This document shows positions 51,673 to 63,923 of a stretch of DNA of 64,000 nt, in pieces (positions within the stretch are counted from its first letter, which is position 1; each line of letters begins with the position of its first letter). Under the pieces are notes generated by a model. The model was not told the origin of the DNA and did not search any database. It was given only the letters and a program-made list of their open reading frames with translations. Made by a program: the position numbers and the translations under genes. The stretch comes from Trichoplax sp. H2 (Eukaryota): the NCBI GenBank assembly GCA_003344405.1, contig NOWV01000240.1:1-64000 (forward strand), read 5' to 3'.

Positions 51673-54454
51673 CTTGATCACTTCTATCTCTGATTTTAAA
51701 AGAATGCCTAAATAAAATCATAGTTCAGAAACAAGCGATTTAAATTGCCTATTTATAAAAAACAATCTTTGTTTCTAGCCCAAAATCTCAATTAATAGTA
51801 TTATTTGAGTACATTATAAATACTGTAAGATTGTTTAATTAAAAAGAATAGAAGCTCACTAACATACCGTATTATCGATTTAGTTGAGCTTAGTGCTTGC
51901 TAATTCCTAATCGAAACGACCCTTATGTGCCATACGTTTGCAAGACGAAAAGATTACAGGATAAAAATACCTTAATAGATTAGAATGTAAAACTATACTC
52001 TTACTATACTATATGTACGGTATATGTAGCTTGTATAATGGTATTAATTATAATCCTGTCTTCAGAGCAAACTATATACTACACGTTTACTTCTATAACA
52101 TGTTACAATAAAGCAGTAAAAGTACTCAGGTGAGGGCGCATGGCAGAATTTTATATATGATATCAGAAATTGAATGAGAGCTTATGTTATTTGAAGTGGG
52201 ATAGTTTAAATTGAAATTTAATTTTGGAAGCTAATAGACGCCGCTTTGTCATGTAAATCAAATATCAATCAGCCAAATTGATTTATGTTGACAATTGTTT
52301 ACAGATGAACAGAATCTTCATATTAATTATACATAATAGATGATAATAGCTCAGATGAGAGATCTAACATTTGTGAATATACTATGCCTATCGACTCGTA
52401 ATTTTAAACTTTACGTCAATATTATGCTAGGAGACCTTTCTATTATTCTGAATCCATCACCTCTTATTAAAAGTATTTCTATACTAGAAGATTTCCAACA
52501 ACCACGATATGGCTAGATTTAGATGTAGCACTCACTATCAACCCGGGTGCACTGATCTGTAACTCTTCATAATTATCAATCGAGTTAGCTGCATAAAAGC
52601 CACAGGTATAATTAGCTAGTTAAGCATAAGACTCGTTATTTCATCATGTATGTATTGCCTACACAAAACTACTGTAATTAGCTGAAATTACTACACGTCA
52701 GTACTATCAGGATTGGTCAGAAAGGAGGAGCTCTTCTTCAAATCTAAATAAAGAAAGACCTGAAGGATTCTGTACCATATGGAAACATTGTGATTCATGC
52801 TTAATAAGATTAATTTATTAATTATAACCAATGAAACTCCTGCTTTGATCAGTTATCTATAAAGGGTTGCCGAGATGAATACTACTGGTACTAACTAATG
52901 ATAGGATTTTCTTGATTCTACATTAATTTAATATAGAATGCTATCGTTTAAAGTTATTTTTTTACCTGTAATGATCAATCGTTTATTCATATAATTAATC
53001 TAGATAGGGTGCAAGTTACATCCTGCATGTTCAGTCCTCTTTTAAAGCACTGTAGAATCGGTAGAAACTTAATAATCAAGGTGAGATGCCAAAACAAGCA
53101 GCTACTGCACTTAATTCTACTGCGGTATATTACATGAAATTAAATTGTACGGTATTTTCTGCATCGAATTGATTCATTTATTTTTATGTATTAATAGAAC
53201 GTTACAATTGTTTAATTAGAGATATTTGAAATTAGACAGAATTTGCTTTCGTAAATTATAAGGAACGAAATAATTTAATCAGTGAAGTAGGGAAAGTAGA
53301 TAACCCTATCAGACACTAAATTCCGTTTACAAAAGTGTAAAAGCAAACTTCAGTACTATCAAGGGATAATTTTTGATAGACTTTACTCTGAGTAGCAAAA
53401 TAAGTAGCTTATGGTTAGCCAAAATATTATCGTTTACATTACGATACAGTATGCTTAATCCAATGTAAAGTATACAAGGTTATTCATCAAACAGGTTATG
53501 GATAGATTAGTAATGTACTCTATCATGTTGGTATTCGATACTTGCGGTATACTTATGCTATTGGTTCAATTTTATTTCTATAGTGTATCTTATTTCTCTT
53601 TTACCTCTAATATTGCAAATTGTTCGTAATTGTACTTCCAGTATCATATTAGCGTAACCAACTGTCAACGCTCAATTTTCGCCAATAGATATTTGCTATA
53701 CGAGTATACGTTCGATTCATTCTCTTCCTAACGCTATTCTAATATTTCACTTCCATTTAATAGTATATCTTTTATAAATAAAGTTCTAGCACAATTAAAA
53801 CTTAAATGTTTCTCCATGCTGAACTATTGCCTTTAGATAATGGCTTTAAAAGTTTTGCTAAGCTCTCTTTTTCAGGCTATTTAGTTATTTTTCTGCCGTA
53901 GCATAGCCTAAATTTATTTAACCATGCTTGCAGTATCACATGAAATTGATCATTGGTCAGTTAGTCGCACTTTTATTTGACATAATATTTCATGTTTTAA
54001 GTTCTTAGAAGTCGTAATATTTAAGATTACTTTATAGAGTTGCATTGGAATAAGACTAGCCTTAGTTGGTACTATCTTTATACTTTATTTCAGATACACT
54101 GGAATAAATTCATCTAATTTTGGACCAAAAGCTGCTTCTAAAATTGGATCTTTTAACTTGCCATTAGTACATTTACGTATTCCTTGCACAGCATTAGAAT
54201 GTTCATTAGTGATTAGCGCTACGATATTTTTCGTTAAACAAATTCGAATTTTAGCTATGAATATTACTAAGAATAAGAACAAGTAAGGAATGAAAATTGA
54301 AATCGGGCCAGCTACAGTAGATGTAGAGATATCCATTGAATAACCTTATTGAATTTACTTTTTCAATTTCAAGTTATTCTGTCATTCCTTTTAAAAGTTA
54401 TAGTAAAAATTTTAATATTAATGACTTCTTTCTCTAAATGATGATAGTAAATTA

Positions 54455-56314
54455 TTAAGATTTCATTGGACGATTGCGAATTTTAGCCACCATAATTCCT
54501 AAAATTAAGCTTAAAATTGCTAGGAAACAGGCTGCACCAAGTGTAATCCATAATGCCAGACGATATGTATGCAATTCTTGAAGGAGTGGCGATAATTGAG
54601 TTGTTAATGGCAACTTAGTAGTAGGACTACTAGTTGTTGATATGGTAGCAACTGAAAGAGGTTGAGTAGCATTCAATTTTGGAATTAAATGATTCCAAAA
54701 TCGCATGTTATTTGATCTTAAATGATCTCGAACGGCTGGGCTAGCAGTAAATACGTAATACTGAGAAGAGTTACCATCAAATCGTGGCCAAGCTATACCA
54801 TCTAAATTGGGAGTATTAGGATCTCCGCTCCTCATGATATTCCCAAAGCGGGTCATCATATCTAGGGATACTTGGCGATCATCCAAGGTAAATTCATCTC
54901 TATCATAAGGTGGTTTCGAATATGGATAGCCAAAAACATAAGGTATCTCCATGCTGTGTGTAACACCAGTTGCTGGTTGGAAATAACCCGATTTAACTGT
55001 CCTTTGTGAAAATTCAAAGACATATGTAGGAATACCATGGCGTGCATATTGGGTAGCACAGTAGATATTAGGAGCTAGAAATAAGAAATCGGTGTACATT
55101 TCAATAGCTAATTTATAATTCCACGTAGGTGATGTCATATTTGCCCAATGGGTATATTGGAAGACAACAGCATCTTTTGCTTTTGGAGCAAAGTTACTAA
55201 ACAAAAAATTGACCGCTCCGTCGAAATATTGTCGAGTAACTTTAAAATCGAATCCTGGTTGCAACATTAGGTATAAAGTTCCGTCATCTTTCGATGATCC
55301 AAAGGCTGTCGTAACGTTTAAAATTTTACCTTGATCGATTAGTTCTTTGGGATCACCAGGGATTAAGCCAAAATTGCCAGTTGGTTTAAAAGCACCCGTT
55401 GTCTCATATAAAATCCAATTTTGCTGTAATAAAATGGTAGCGTAAGGTAAACCTCTTAAACAATTCAAACTATCCTCCATGGATGTATGATTACACTTTG
55501 TCTTGTACGCTAATCGAGTAAAAATAGAAGTTGCTTCATCTATATCAGGATAATAACCATTGGGCAATGTAACAGTGCCACTTTGTAAAATAACACTTTG
55601 AAATAATCCTTTATTGGATGGCATTAGCATTTGAAAATTGCAACTTACGCTTCCTGCTGAATCACCAGCAAGAGTTACCTTCGTCTTATCACCGCCAAAA
55701 TTAGCAATATTATCTTGAACCCATTGCATTGCTAATCTTTGGTCGTGAAAACCTAGATTGGGCTCAACAACAGTAGTTCTAGTTTTGGGATCTATTGCCC
55801 CTAAGAAACCTAACGCTCCTAAACGATAATTAAAGGTAACAACAACAACATTTTCTATTGCAGCCAAGGCATTTCCTTCCCAGAAACCACCTGCACCAAA
55901 GTAAAATCCTCCTTCATGAATCCATAGAAAAACTGGTAATTTTGCATTCGTGTTTGTCGTTGGAGTATAAATATTCATAAAAAGACAATCTTCTGATTGT
56001 TGAGCGCCAGGATGATCTCTCTCTAATCGGCTAAAATTACGTACAAAGATAGTTTGAGGGCAAGATGGACCAAAATTTGTTGCATTGAGAGGATTTGTCC
56101 AAGGAGTTTTCATTAATGTCGTTTGGGCGAAACGTCTACCTCCAATAGGTGGTTCTGCGTAAGGAATACCACGAAAAACATGCACCGCGGTACCATTATA
56201 TTCAGTTTGGATGCCTTCGACTGGACCAGTTGCTGTTTGAGCAATAGTTTGACCGACATTCCCCTGAATGAAATTAAGATAAATAAAAAAAAACAAACCG
56301 AGCAATTTCTTCAT
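54455..56314 (-). CDS. C11: intronless type-I membrane carboxylesterase (619 aa)
   Basis: Single ORF: signal peptide, HEGGF, GDSAG, GSSKDDG, VTHSME, continuous RSGDPNTPN...WPRF...FWN, S/T stalk, TM, tail KIRNRPMKS. Confidence 0.95.
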   Translation of the reverse strand: MKKLLGLFFFIYLNFIQGNVGQTIAQTATGPVEGIQTEYNGTAVHVFRGIPYAEPPIGGRRFAQTTLMKTPWTNPLNATNFGPSCPQTIFVRNFSRLERDHPGAQQSEDCLFMNIYTPTTNTNAKLPVFLWIHEGGFYFGAGGFWEGNALAAIENVVVVTFNYRLGALGFLGAIDPKTRTTVVEPNLGFHDQRLAMQWVQDNIANFGGDKTKVTLAGDSAGSVSCNFQMLMPSNKGLFQSVILQSGTVTLPNGYYPDIDEATSIFTRLAYKTKCNHTSMEDSLNCLRGLPYATILLQQNWILYETTGAFKPTGNFGLIPGDPKELIDQGKILNVTTAFGSSKDDGTLYLMLQPGFDFKVTRQYFDGAVNFLFSNFAPKAKDAVVFQYTHWANMTSPTWNYKLAIEMYTDFLFLAPNIYCATQYARHGIPTYVFEFSQRTVKSGYFQPATGVTHSMEIPYVFGYPYSKPPYDRDEFTLDDRQVSLDMMTRFGNIMRSGDPNTPNLDGIAWPRFDGNSSQYYVFTASPAVRDHLRSNNMRFWNHLIPKLNATQPLSVATISTTSSPTTKLPLTTQLSPLLQELHTYRLALWITLGAACFLAILSLILGIMVAKIRNRPMKS

Positions 56315-59300
56315 GGTAGAGGCAAGCCGTTAACGAAGCAATGAAATAGCAAAAAATTTTTTCCCTTTGAAAAGCATTCACCAAGATTACCCTTCTATCC
56401 GTGTAATTGTATTCCAAGTACAGAACCGTGAAAAGCAATAGGTAATTCCCCTAGTATGTAATTAGGCGTAGGCTTATAAGTAAGTTCGGTAGCTCATGAT
56501 CTATTCAAGTCGGCGATGATACATTAGCTTAATATTCCAACTTTGTATTCATAGCCCATTATGGGAGGAGTCCTGCAATTATCTTTAAATGTCAATAAAT
56601 TTAAATCAATTCATTGGAAATGCCAATTTTCCATATAACAGACATCGTCATCATAGGACAAAAGTGATGTCCAGTTTATTAAAATCGCTCAAGCTTCATG
56701 TTTAACAAGCACAATGATGATTCCGGATATCTGATTACTATCGTTTATTACAATAAAATGAATTAAAGCATAAGGTGCTATCTTGAACTAGAAAGGTGGA
56801 AATAAGAATGTTGTATATAGTCTTCAATCAATTCTACAAGAGAAAGAAAGAATACTGGCTATTGTGAGATCAATTTATAGACGTTATAACAAAGTATCAA
56901 TGCTAGCGGCTATAGTTTGATGCCTAGAGATATATCTCTATGGGTTAAATACAAGCAGCATGCATGTTATATTGACTAGAAAGAATGGTGGACTAAATTA
57001 CAATTACTCAATTTAGATAGTTCCATCTATTCACTATAATCGTTTATTCGTTAGCTCTTAGCCTAAAGTGGGTCAAATTGTTGAATTTGATTTTAGAGAC
57101 AGTACCAATGGCAAGATAGACAAGATAGCTTAGCATCAGGATATCTACATTATGTTACAGTTTGTTTTTTCTTGATTTTTTTGAGTTAACTTTGTGATTG
57201 TTTACTTACGAGATCCCCCAAAAATAGAATTTGTTCTCATTTTGATGATTCCATTAGTTATTTCATAAAGGCACTGACCTAGAGGTCGCAGCTTATTAAG
57301 ATGGACGTGAGCAACGATAATAAATATTCACCGAACCTTTCTCAGGTCTAACAGCAACGTATATATTTTGCCATACCGATCCACTTACTCTTCAAGTTAT
57401 TCAGAATACATCAGATAGACGCAGTAGTTAGAGTTATAAATGAATCGAACAATAATTGAACTATTTCCATACTGTATGGCTGCCGACTGTGGAATGAGAA
57501 TAATTAATCGCTGCTGTTACTTCGATAGCATAGCAATGCGTTAATTAAAGTAAATAGTGACTCTATAGCATTTGATATTCATAATGGCTTATTTATTTGC
57601 ACACTATTCTTGAGAAACCATACCATGGGAGCTATTAGCTTCTGATATTGTTTTCGTAACGTATACTATGGGCTGTTATCAAACAGAAAAACATACCTGT
57701 TAAAATATGGTGCATTTCTAGATTTGACGATCTTATTTGATTAGATTCTTCTCAAATATCTCTAATAACTTCATGAACAGATATGCAATAGCAGCTAAAG
57801 TCTTGCATTGCTGCTCATGAATTAATTTCAGCAAGGGCCTTCAAGTCTGTTCGTATATTACAGGTATAATTTGTCGTGCTAAATGGATTTATCCCGGCTT
57901 TATTTGATTATGGAGGTGGTTATAAAATTGCAGCTAAAAATACAGTATGTCGCAGTTCATTAAGATAAAATACGAAATAGCAGTCCCTGACTAAGCTAGC
58001 GAACTAGAAACTGATTAAAACATTCTTGTAGGGTTAGGAATCGATATTTATTACTGTATATGCAAATTTTAAAATGCAATTAAAAGAACAGTTTAAGAGC
58101 TGTTAATTTCTTCGACAAGAATAATTAGAATATTGCGTCCTATTTAATCTGTTCAGACATTGATAAAAGGTCAACTTTTAAGATAATATCGTTGATATCT
58201 GTAGAGCATGATATTATGACTGTACTTATTTTTCAAAGTTTGTCATTAGCTAAATAGAGAATAAGCTAGCTGTAACCGACATATGGGAATAAAATGATAT
58301 TTAAATGTTACACAGATGGACTGGACTGTGTTATGTATTGATCTATACGCATTCGTTGGATCAAGTCTTTATAGTCCCTTATATCATTACCTTAAGCTCG
58401 TCTATATCGTCGTCTTCCATTGCATGTTTTTCATCTTTGATGTACTTAAATTTGTGAACTATACATAAACTTTTCGTGGAGAGCAAAAGGTAGTCGTAGC
58501 TTTGTATTGTATGTTAAATGCATAATTGATATAGTTTATTTGTCACTGATTTCTCTTTATGCGATGCATCTAGCTGTTCGATAAATAAATTGCGTAATTG
58601 ATTTGATTTTAAGACAGGAAATAGTGATTAAGTTAAGACGCTGTAAAGGTTAGGATCGTATTAAACTCGTATTAAACTTTATTTAATCCAACGAGAACCA
58701 ACACGAATGAAGCATGTATGAAAGTGATTTGATGGAGATTTAATATTTTAGAAATACATTAGATCATATCATGCTGTGAGGGATAAGTAAGAAGAAGTAA
58801 AATATTTCTGATTATATAAACAGGCTTTATAATGTGCTTAATATCGAATAGGTAAATCCAAGGGTGGATTTTCCTCTTATAAAAATAAAAATAGCACAAC
58901 ATGGCTTACCAAGACGTCTTATTTATGACGAGATCAACGTCTCTAATGTTGATCATTGACACACTGTGATAGATTAAGTAAAAGAATGATTGCTATTAAA
59001 CAAATGATTGATAACATTTCCAGCATTAATTGATACAAACTAACTACTCAAGTTTTAAATCGAAGGATTAGAATCCCTACCAATAAAAGACTAATTAGGG
59101 TATAGTGGCGGATATAAGGTCGTTCGATAAGCACCGCAAGAATGCTAATGGCAACAAAACATAAGTAGAGATCGTTATAATAGATTAAGAATTAAATACC
59201 CATATGACATGCAAGCATAAGTTAAACTGTACAGTGCACACATACGTAATATTATTTTGTAACATTTGCAACAACAATTCTTATAGTATAATATTTTAAC

Positions 59301-59558
59301 ACGGAGTTTTAGCTGTTAAATCTTAGTAACTTTGTCTAACGATAGATCAATATTGATCAAATCTGACATGCCGATACTACCATATACGCGAAGTTGATCA
59401 TAAATGTTAGGGAACTTGCCTATAAGCTATCATGTGGGTACTTAGTCCTCATTATAAATTGATTCAAAGTTTATGATAAACTCAATTCAGAAGATCGACA
59501 AAGAAAATACGGATCTGGTCTTAAAATACATGTAGCCATCTTTCGCATAGAGTTGAGG

Positions 59559-61509
59559 TTAATCGATGCGTGAACACTGTTGTTGGTCTCGGTCACAATG
59601 AGATTTTGTTGATGCTGTCAAAGCAAGGCTATCGCATTTTTTAGCATAATCCTCGAGTTCTGGGATATATTTGTTCCAAAATGCGACTCGATTACCTAGG
59701 TAATGTTGACCTATAGTCAGTTTATCGTCAAGCTTTGCATAAGTCTGATATTGTTTGTCATAACGCGGCCATTGTATTGGTGATGCATCTGTAGTAGGCG
59801 TCCTAAGTATAGGATTATAACCATACATTTAACAAAATTAACTGTAATGCATTCAATATACTAAAGAATGACACGGTATTCTACTGATTGATTATAAAAA
59901 AAGTAATCTTATATTTTTACTCAATTATATCTATTTATATATCATTAAAAATAAGAACATAATTTGATCATGCTAAATGATTGTATCCTACTTTACAATT
60001 GTATCTTGTCTCGACATACCCATATTTGATAAAGTTTCCCCAAGTCTCCATCATTCTTCGCGATACTTTGACATCTTCATCCGTGAAATTGGCTAGAAAA
60101 CTGGCCGGCTTATCAATTGGGTAGCCTACTACTTGTGGCATCTCCATAGTGTGAGTAACACCCAGGTATGAAGGGAAAATAAATGACAATTTGGTAGGAA
60201 AGGCAAATTCGAAATAATAAGTAGGGACACCATCAGATGCATACTGTTGAGCGCATTTATCAGCAGGTGCTGCAAAAAAGTAATCATTAAAGAGTTTGGT
60301 CGCTTCGTCTCGAACAGCTAAAGGATCGTTTTCTTTGACCCAATTAGTATAACGAAATTTAATAGCAGATCTAGTTTGTTTACTGAATGCTTTAAAAAAA
60401 ACATCTATTGAAGAGAAAAAATTCTCTGTTGATAGCCCTTTTTCGATATCTGGATAGCCACCCATTCTTACAAAAACCGAGCCATCATCTGATGTTGTCC
60501 CAATCATCGTAGGTACCTTTTCGTACTGTCCATTTTTAAGTAAAGTTTCAGGATTATCTGGCAAAAATTGACCATCTACAACGACAGAAAAGCCAAATGG
60601 ATAGACACCCATGGTTTTAAATTGAGCACCTAATAATTCTTGCATAGGCAGATCTTGAAGGCAAGCTACTGTTTCAGCTGTATTAGCTCGTGCACAATTA
60701 GAGTGTTTGACAGCTTCTTCAAATACTTTTCGTGGAGTGGTGAAGTCTGGATGGAAGAATTCCGGAAATTGTGGAGTACCACTATCCAAAATAGCTCCAT
60801 GAATTAATCCTTTACTACCAGGTGACATGGTATGTAATCCAACTGACATAGCGCCAACTGAATTACCCGAAGCTGTAATTTTATTAGGATCGCCACCAAA
60901 TTGAGCGATATTCTCGCGAACCCATTGAAGAGCTAATCGTTGATCATACAAGCCCAGATTGGGTTCAATAACGTGTTTACCGTCGACTTTTTCACCTGGT
61001 GTCATAAACCCAAAAGCACCCAAGCGATAATTCATAGTTACAACAATAATATTTTGATTGCTTGCAAGTACTTTACCTTGCCATCGTGATCCACTACCAT
61101 AGAAATAAGCTCCACCATGGATAAAAACAAAAACAGGCAATTTTGATGTACTACTTGCACTAGGGGTCCAAACATTAATATAGAGACAATCTTCTCTAAT
61201 TTGTCCATGTTTAGTGTCTTGACTGAGATCGGGAATTGGTAGACTTTGTGGACAAGCATAAGGGAGTGATGTGGCATCAAATGGTTGTTTCCATGCGGTT
61301 TCTATCGGTTGTGGAGGCTGAAATCTTAAAGGGCCAACTGGCGGTTGGGCAAAAGGAATGCCAAGATAGCCATAAACCGTTTTTCCTTCAACATTAAAAT
61401 CGATACCGGCAACAGGGCCTTTATTAGTATGGACCATTTCAGCTGCTGATGCAATCGCTGAGGCTTGACACAGCAATAAAGATGCTACAAGAATGGCGAT
61501 ATTAACCAT
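59559..61509 (-). CDS. C12: secreted carboxylesterase (exon1 61509-60020, exon2 59802-59559; ~577 aa)
   Basis: ATG at 61509, signal peptide; HGGAY, GNSVG, GTTSDDG, VTHTME; GG|GTATGT...TTAG|G; exon 2 has no TM and ends CDRDQQQCSRID*. Confidence 0.9.
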
Positions 61510-62325
61510 GACCACTTCTGCGAGCTAGAAAGTAAATGATGTCTAAAATGTGGGGGTAATGGAGATTTGATCGTCAATGATGCTGTAAATCAATAATATT
61601 GTTATATATGTTATATATATGATATACTGTATATATATATTATAATTAGCGAATAGATTAATTAACGGATGATTTTGCTAATACTATGCTCTAGTAAATC
61701 TACTGCTGTTAGAGGCATCGATATTAATGTTGTCGTTTGCCTTTGATGTGGACCGAAGGCTGTTATGGACGCCAATAGTTTGTTTGTTTCGATTCTTTGT
61801 ATAATTTACTATAACCATCCACACCATATCCGTTGCTAGACATTTCCACTATTAGGAAACTTCATATGTGTAAAGAGTTTGTCGTCTCCTTTGATTGTAT
61901 CTGAGTGTATCCTATTGAAGAAATGATGATCAGGCGTGACAATCTATTTTGCACACTAATAGCTTGATGATCAATATTAAATAAATAAATAATATCCCAG
62001 TCACTTTTCCCTAGTAATTATATTCATACAGTTAAACAGTTGTAGTGAAGCCCCAAATATGGCTTAGATTACGATCCAAGATTGTACGAGAAAAGTTTAA
62101 ACCGTACACTAGATGGTAAAGGTTAGACGAATCTAACTTATGTAATAAAGTGAAACTGGCAAGAAACTGTAGTTCTTAATTTATTGTTAAAGATCACTTT
62201 ATCACAACAGTATAATAATTAATTATGTTATGCTATTAGATATCATGATTAGCAAATGTTCATTTTGCACATTGACGGATAAAATCTTGAGGAATAGCAT
62301 CCCGATCATTTTTCTCTAGTGATTA

Positions 62326-62507
62326 TGATGGGCTAATTTATGTAATCGGCGATTTTATGTAACGTAGCCGTATAAATTTGACCGGCAAGGGATCCCGACT
62401 AGTTTATATGTTCACCGGCTATGTTATATAGTCACCGATCGAGCGGCGACTATATAAAATTAGCAGCGGTTATATAAAATCACCGATTGCATAAATTAGT
62501 CCCATCA
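62326..62507. mobile_element. 182 bp MITE with ~38 bp terminal inverted repeats and TTA target duplication
   Basis: TTA|TGATGGGCTAATTTATGTAATCGGCGATTTTATGTAAC ... GTTATATAAAATCACCGATTGCATAAATTAGTCCCATCA|TTA (3 mismatches, 1 indel); lies between two copies of a ~75 bp repeat (ATGATTAGCAAATGT...TTCTCTA). Confidence 0.8.
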
Positions 62508-63505
62508 TTATGATTAGCAAATGTCCATTTTGCCCGCGGATGGATAAAAACTTGATGAAGAATAGTATCTCAATCATATTCTCTACATTATACAGCATAA
62601 TAATTATCGTATAGATAGATAGAGTGGACTATTTTAAATACTTTACACAATAAATAGTTGAAATTAATCAGATGAAATTAAACAGCCATACTTCAAATGT
62701 TGTGGAACCAACGTATCGAGTCGAAAGTAGCCCTTATACATACATTGAAACAGATTATAACCATTCTTTGGCGTATAAGTCAATATCAATATGGAACAAT
62801 TCGAATCAGTCATAAGTTGGCTTATTCTTTCATGTACAATAACAGCCACTAGGGCCATGATGTCGACTAATTTTAATGCCATATCGAATATCTCACCGGT
62901 GCTGGTGGCTTTACAGTAAACCCAACTTTACTTACTTAATAACTATCTCAAATAGCTTAATGGTATAGCCCAGATTTAATTATGCAATAAACAGAATAAA
63001 TCTCCCGCGAAATAGATCTCTTTTTATTTTCACAGATACCAAAGTAGGTCAAGTTACTGTATACCTTTATGGCAGTTATTCGATTGTAGATTAAGATATA
63101 GTACCGTATTCATCCTGAAATATTCAATTTTTTTATCCAATAGCGTGATCAGATTACAAATGCTCTATACCAACAGACATTATTTAACAAAAGCTCAGTT
63201 GAGCAATTAAAATTATAAAGTCATGATGAAAATATCTAGCTCAATAGCCGTGGCATCTTTAGGCGCTAACTTCTGTGCTGGTGTGATTATAGATAATTTA
63301 TATATTACGAGTCGTACAGATTATATTCGAATTAAAATTAACTACATCTAGGACGTATACCTTCCTGTACTTCAGTCTATATTATTACATGTTAAAATGA
63401 CAAGAAAGGATAAATTCAGAAAGGTAAGATACTTGGAAAAAGACTACTAAAAGTTGGTATGACAAGTATACAGAAGCTAAAGGTATCTCAATTCTTAGAT
63501 TTGAG

Positions 63506-63923
63506 CTAGAATTTATGACTATTGGATATACTGGTGCCTTTGATACGATTATTGTTGGCTTGATGCAGCTTAAATAAAACTATGATTAAAGTGGTTATAA
63601 AAATTGCTGCAATAGCTGCTAAAATGTATGTAGCTATCATATACTCTCTGCGAACCATGCCGGACATTGCAGGATTGTTGGTGGTCATCATTGTCGTAGA
63701 AGGCGTAATCATTCCTTTAGTCGGTGTCGGTGTCGGCTTTGTCGTTGGTGTGGGAACGGTAGTGCTGGGTACTCCCAGCTTTGGTAATAGCTTGTTCCAG
63801 AATGCAACACGATCAGAAAGATAATCCTTTCTAATTTCTGATTGATTGCTAATTTTAAAGTAGGATGCATTATTTGCATTATACATAGGCCACTGCGCAG
63901 CCGATGATGCCATTGTCGGTGTA
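63506..63923 (-). CDS. C13: exon 2 of a further membrane carboxylesterase-family gene (exon 1 outside window)
   Basis: TTTTAG|T acceptor in the same phase; TPTMASSAAQWPMY...DRVAFWNKLLP, PT-rich mucin-like stalk, TM, tail ending SNSHKF. Confidence 0.85.

Noticed and set aside
54085..54336. 83 aa ORF just downstream of C11
   Set aside because: Lies in the probable 3' UTR with no family motif I can support
58391..58458. Isolated exon-like segment HKFKYIKDEKHAMEDDDIDELK (minus strand, AG..GT)
   Set aside because: No partner exons or compatible donor from C12 found
2488..61515. Exon-1 ORFs as complete 480-516 aa proteins, or as acetylcholinesterases
   Set aside because: Their stops fall in or just after the splice donor and the fold needs exon 2 (WP.Y...FWN); GESAG and the choline-binding Trp are absent
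9455..63824. Other 60-125 aa ORFs in the track (antisense or alternate-frame overlaps and AT-rich intergenic ORFs)
   Set aside because: No motifs; consistent with chance or shadow ORFs, except those overlapping CHID1 exons and the 39.2-41.6 kb candidate
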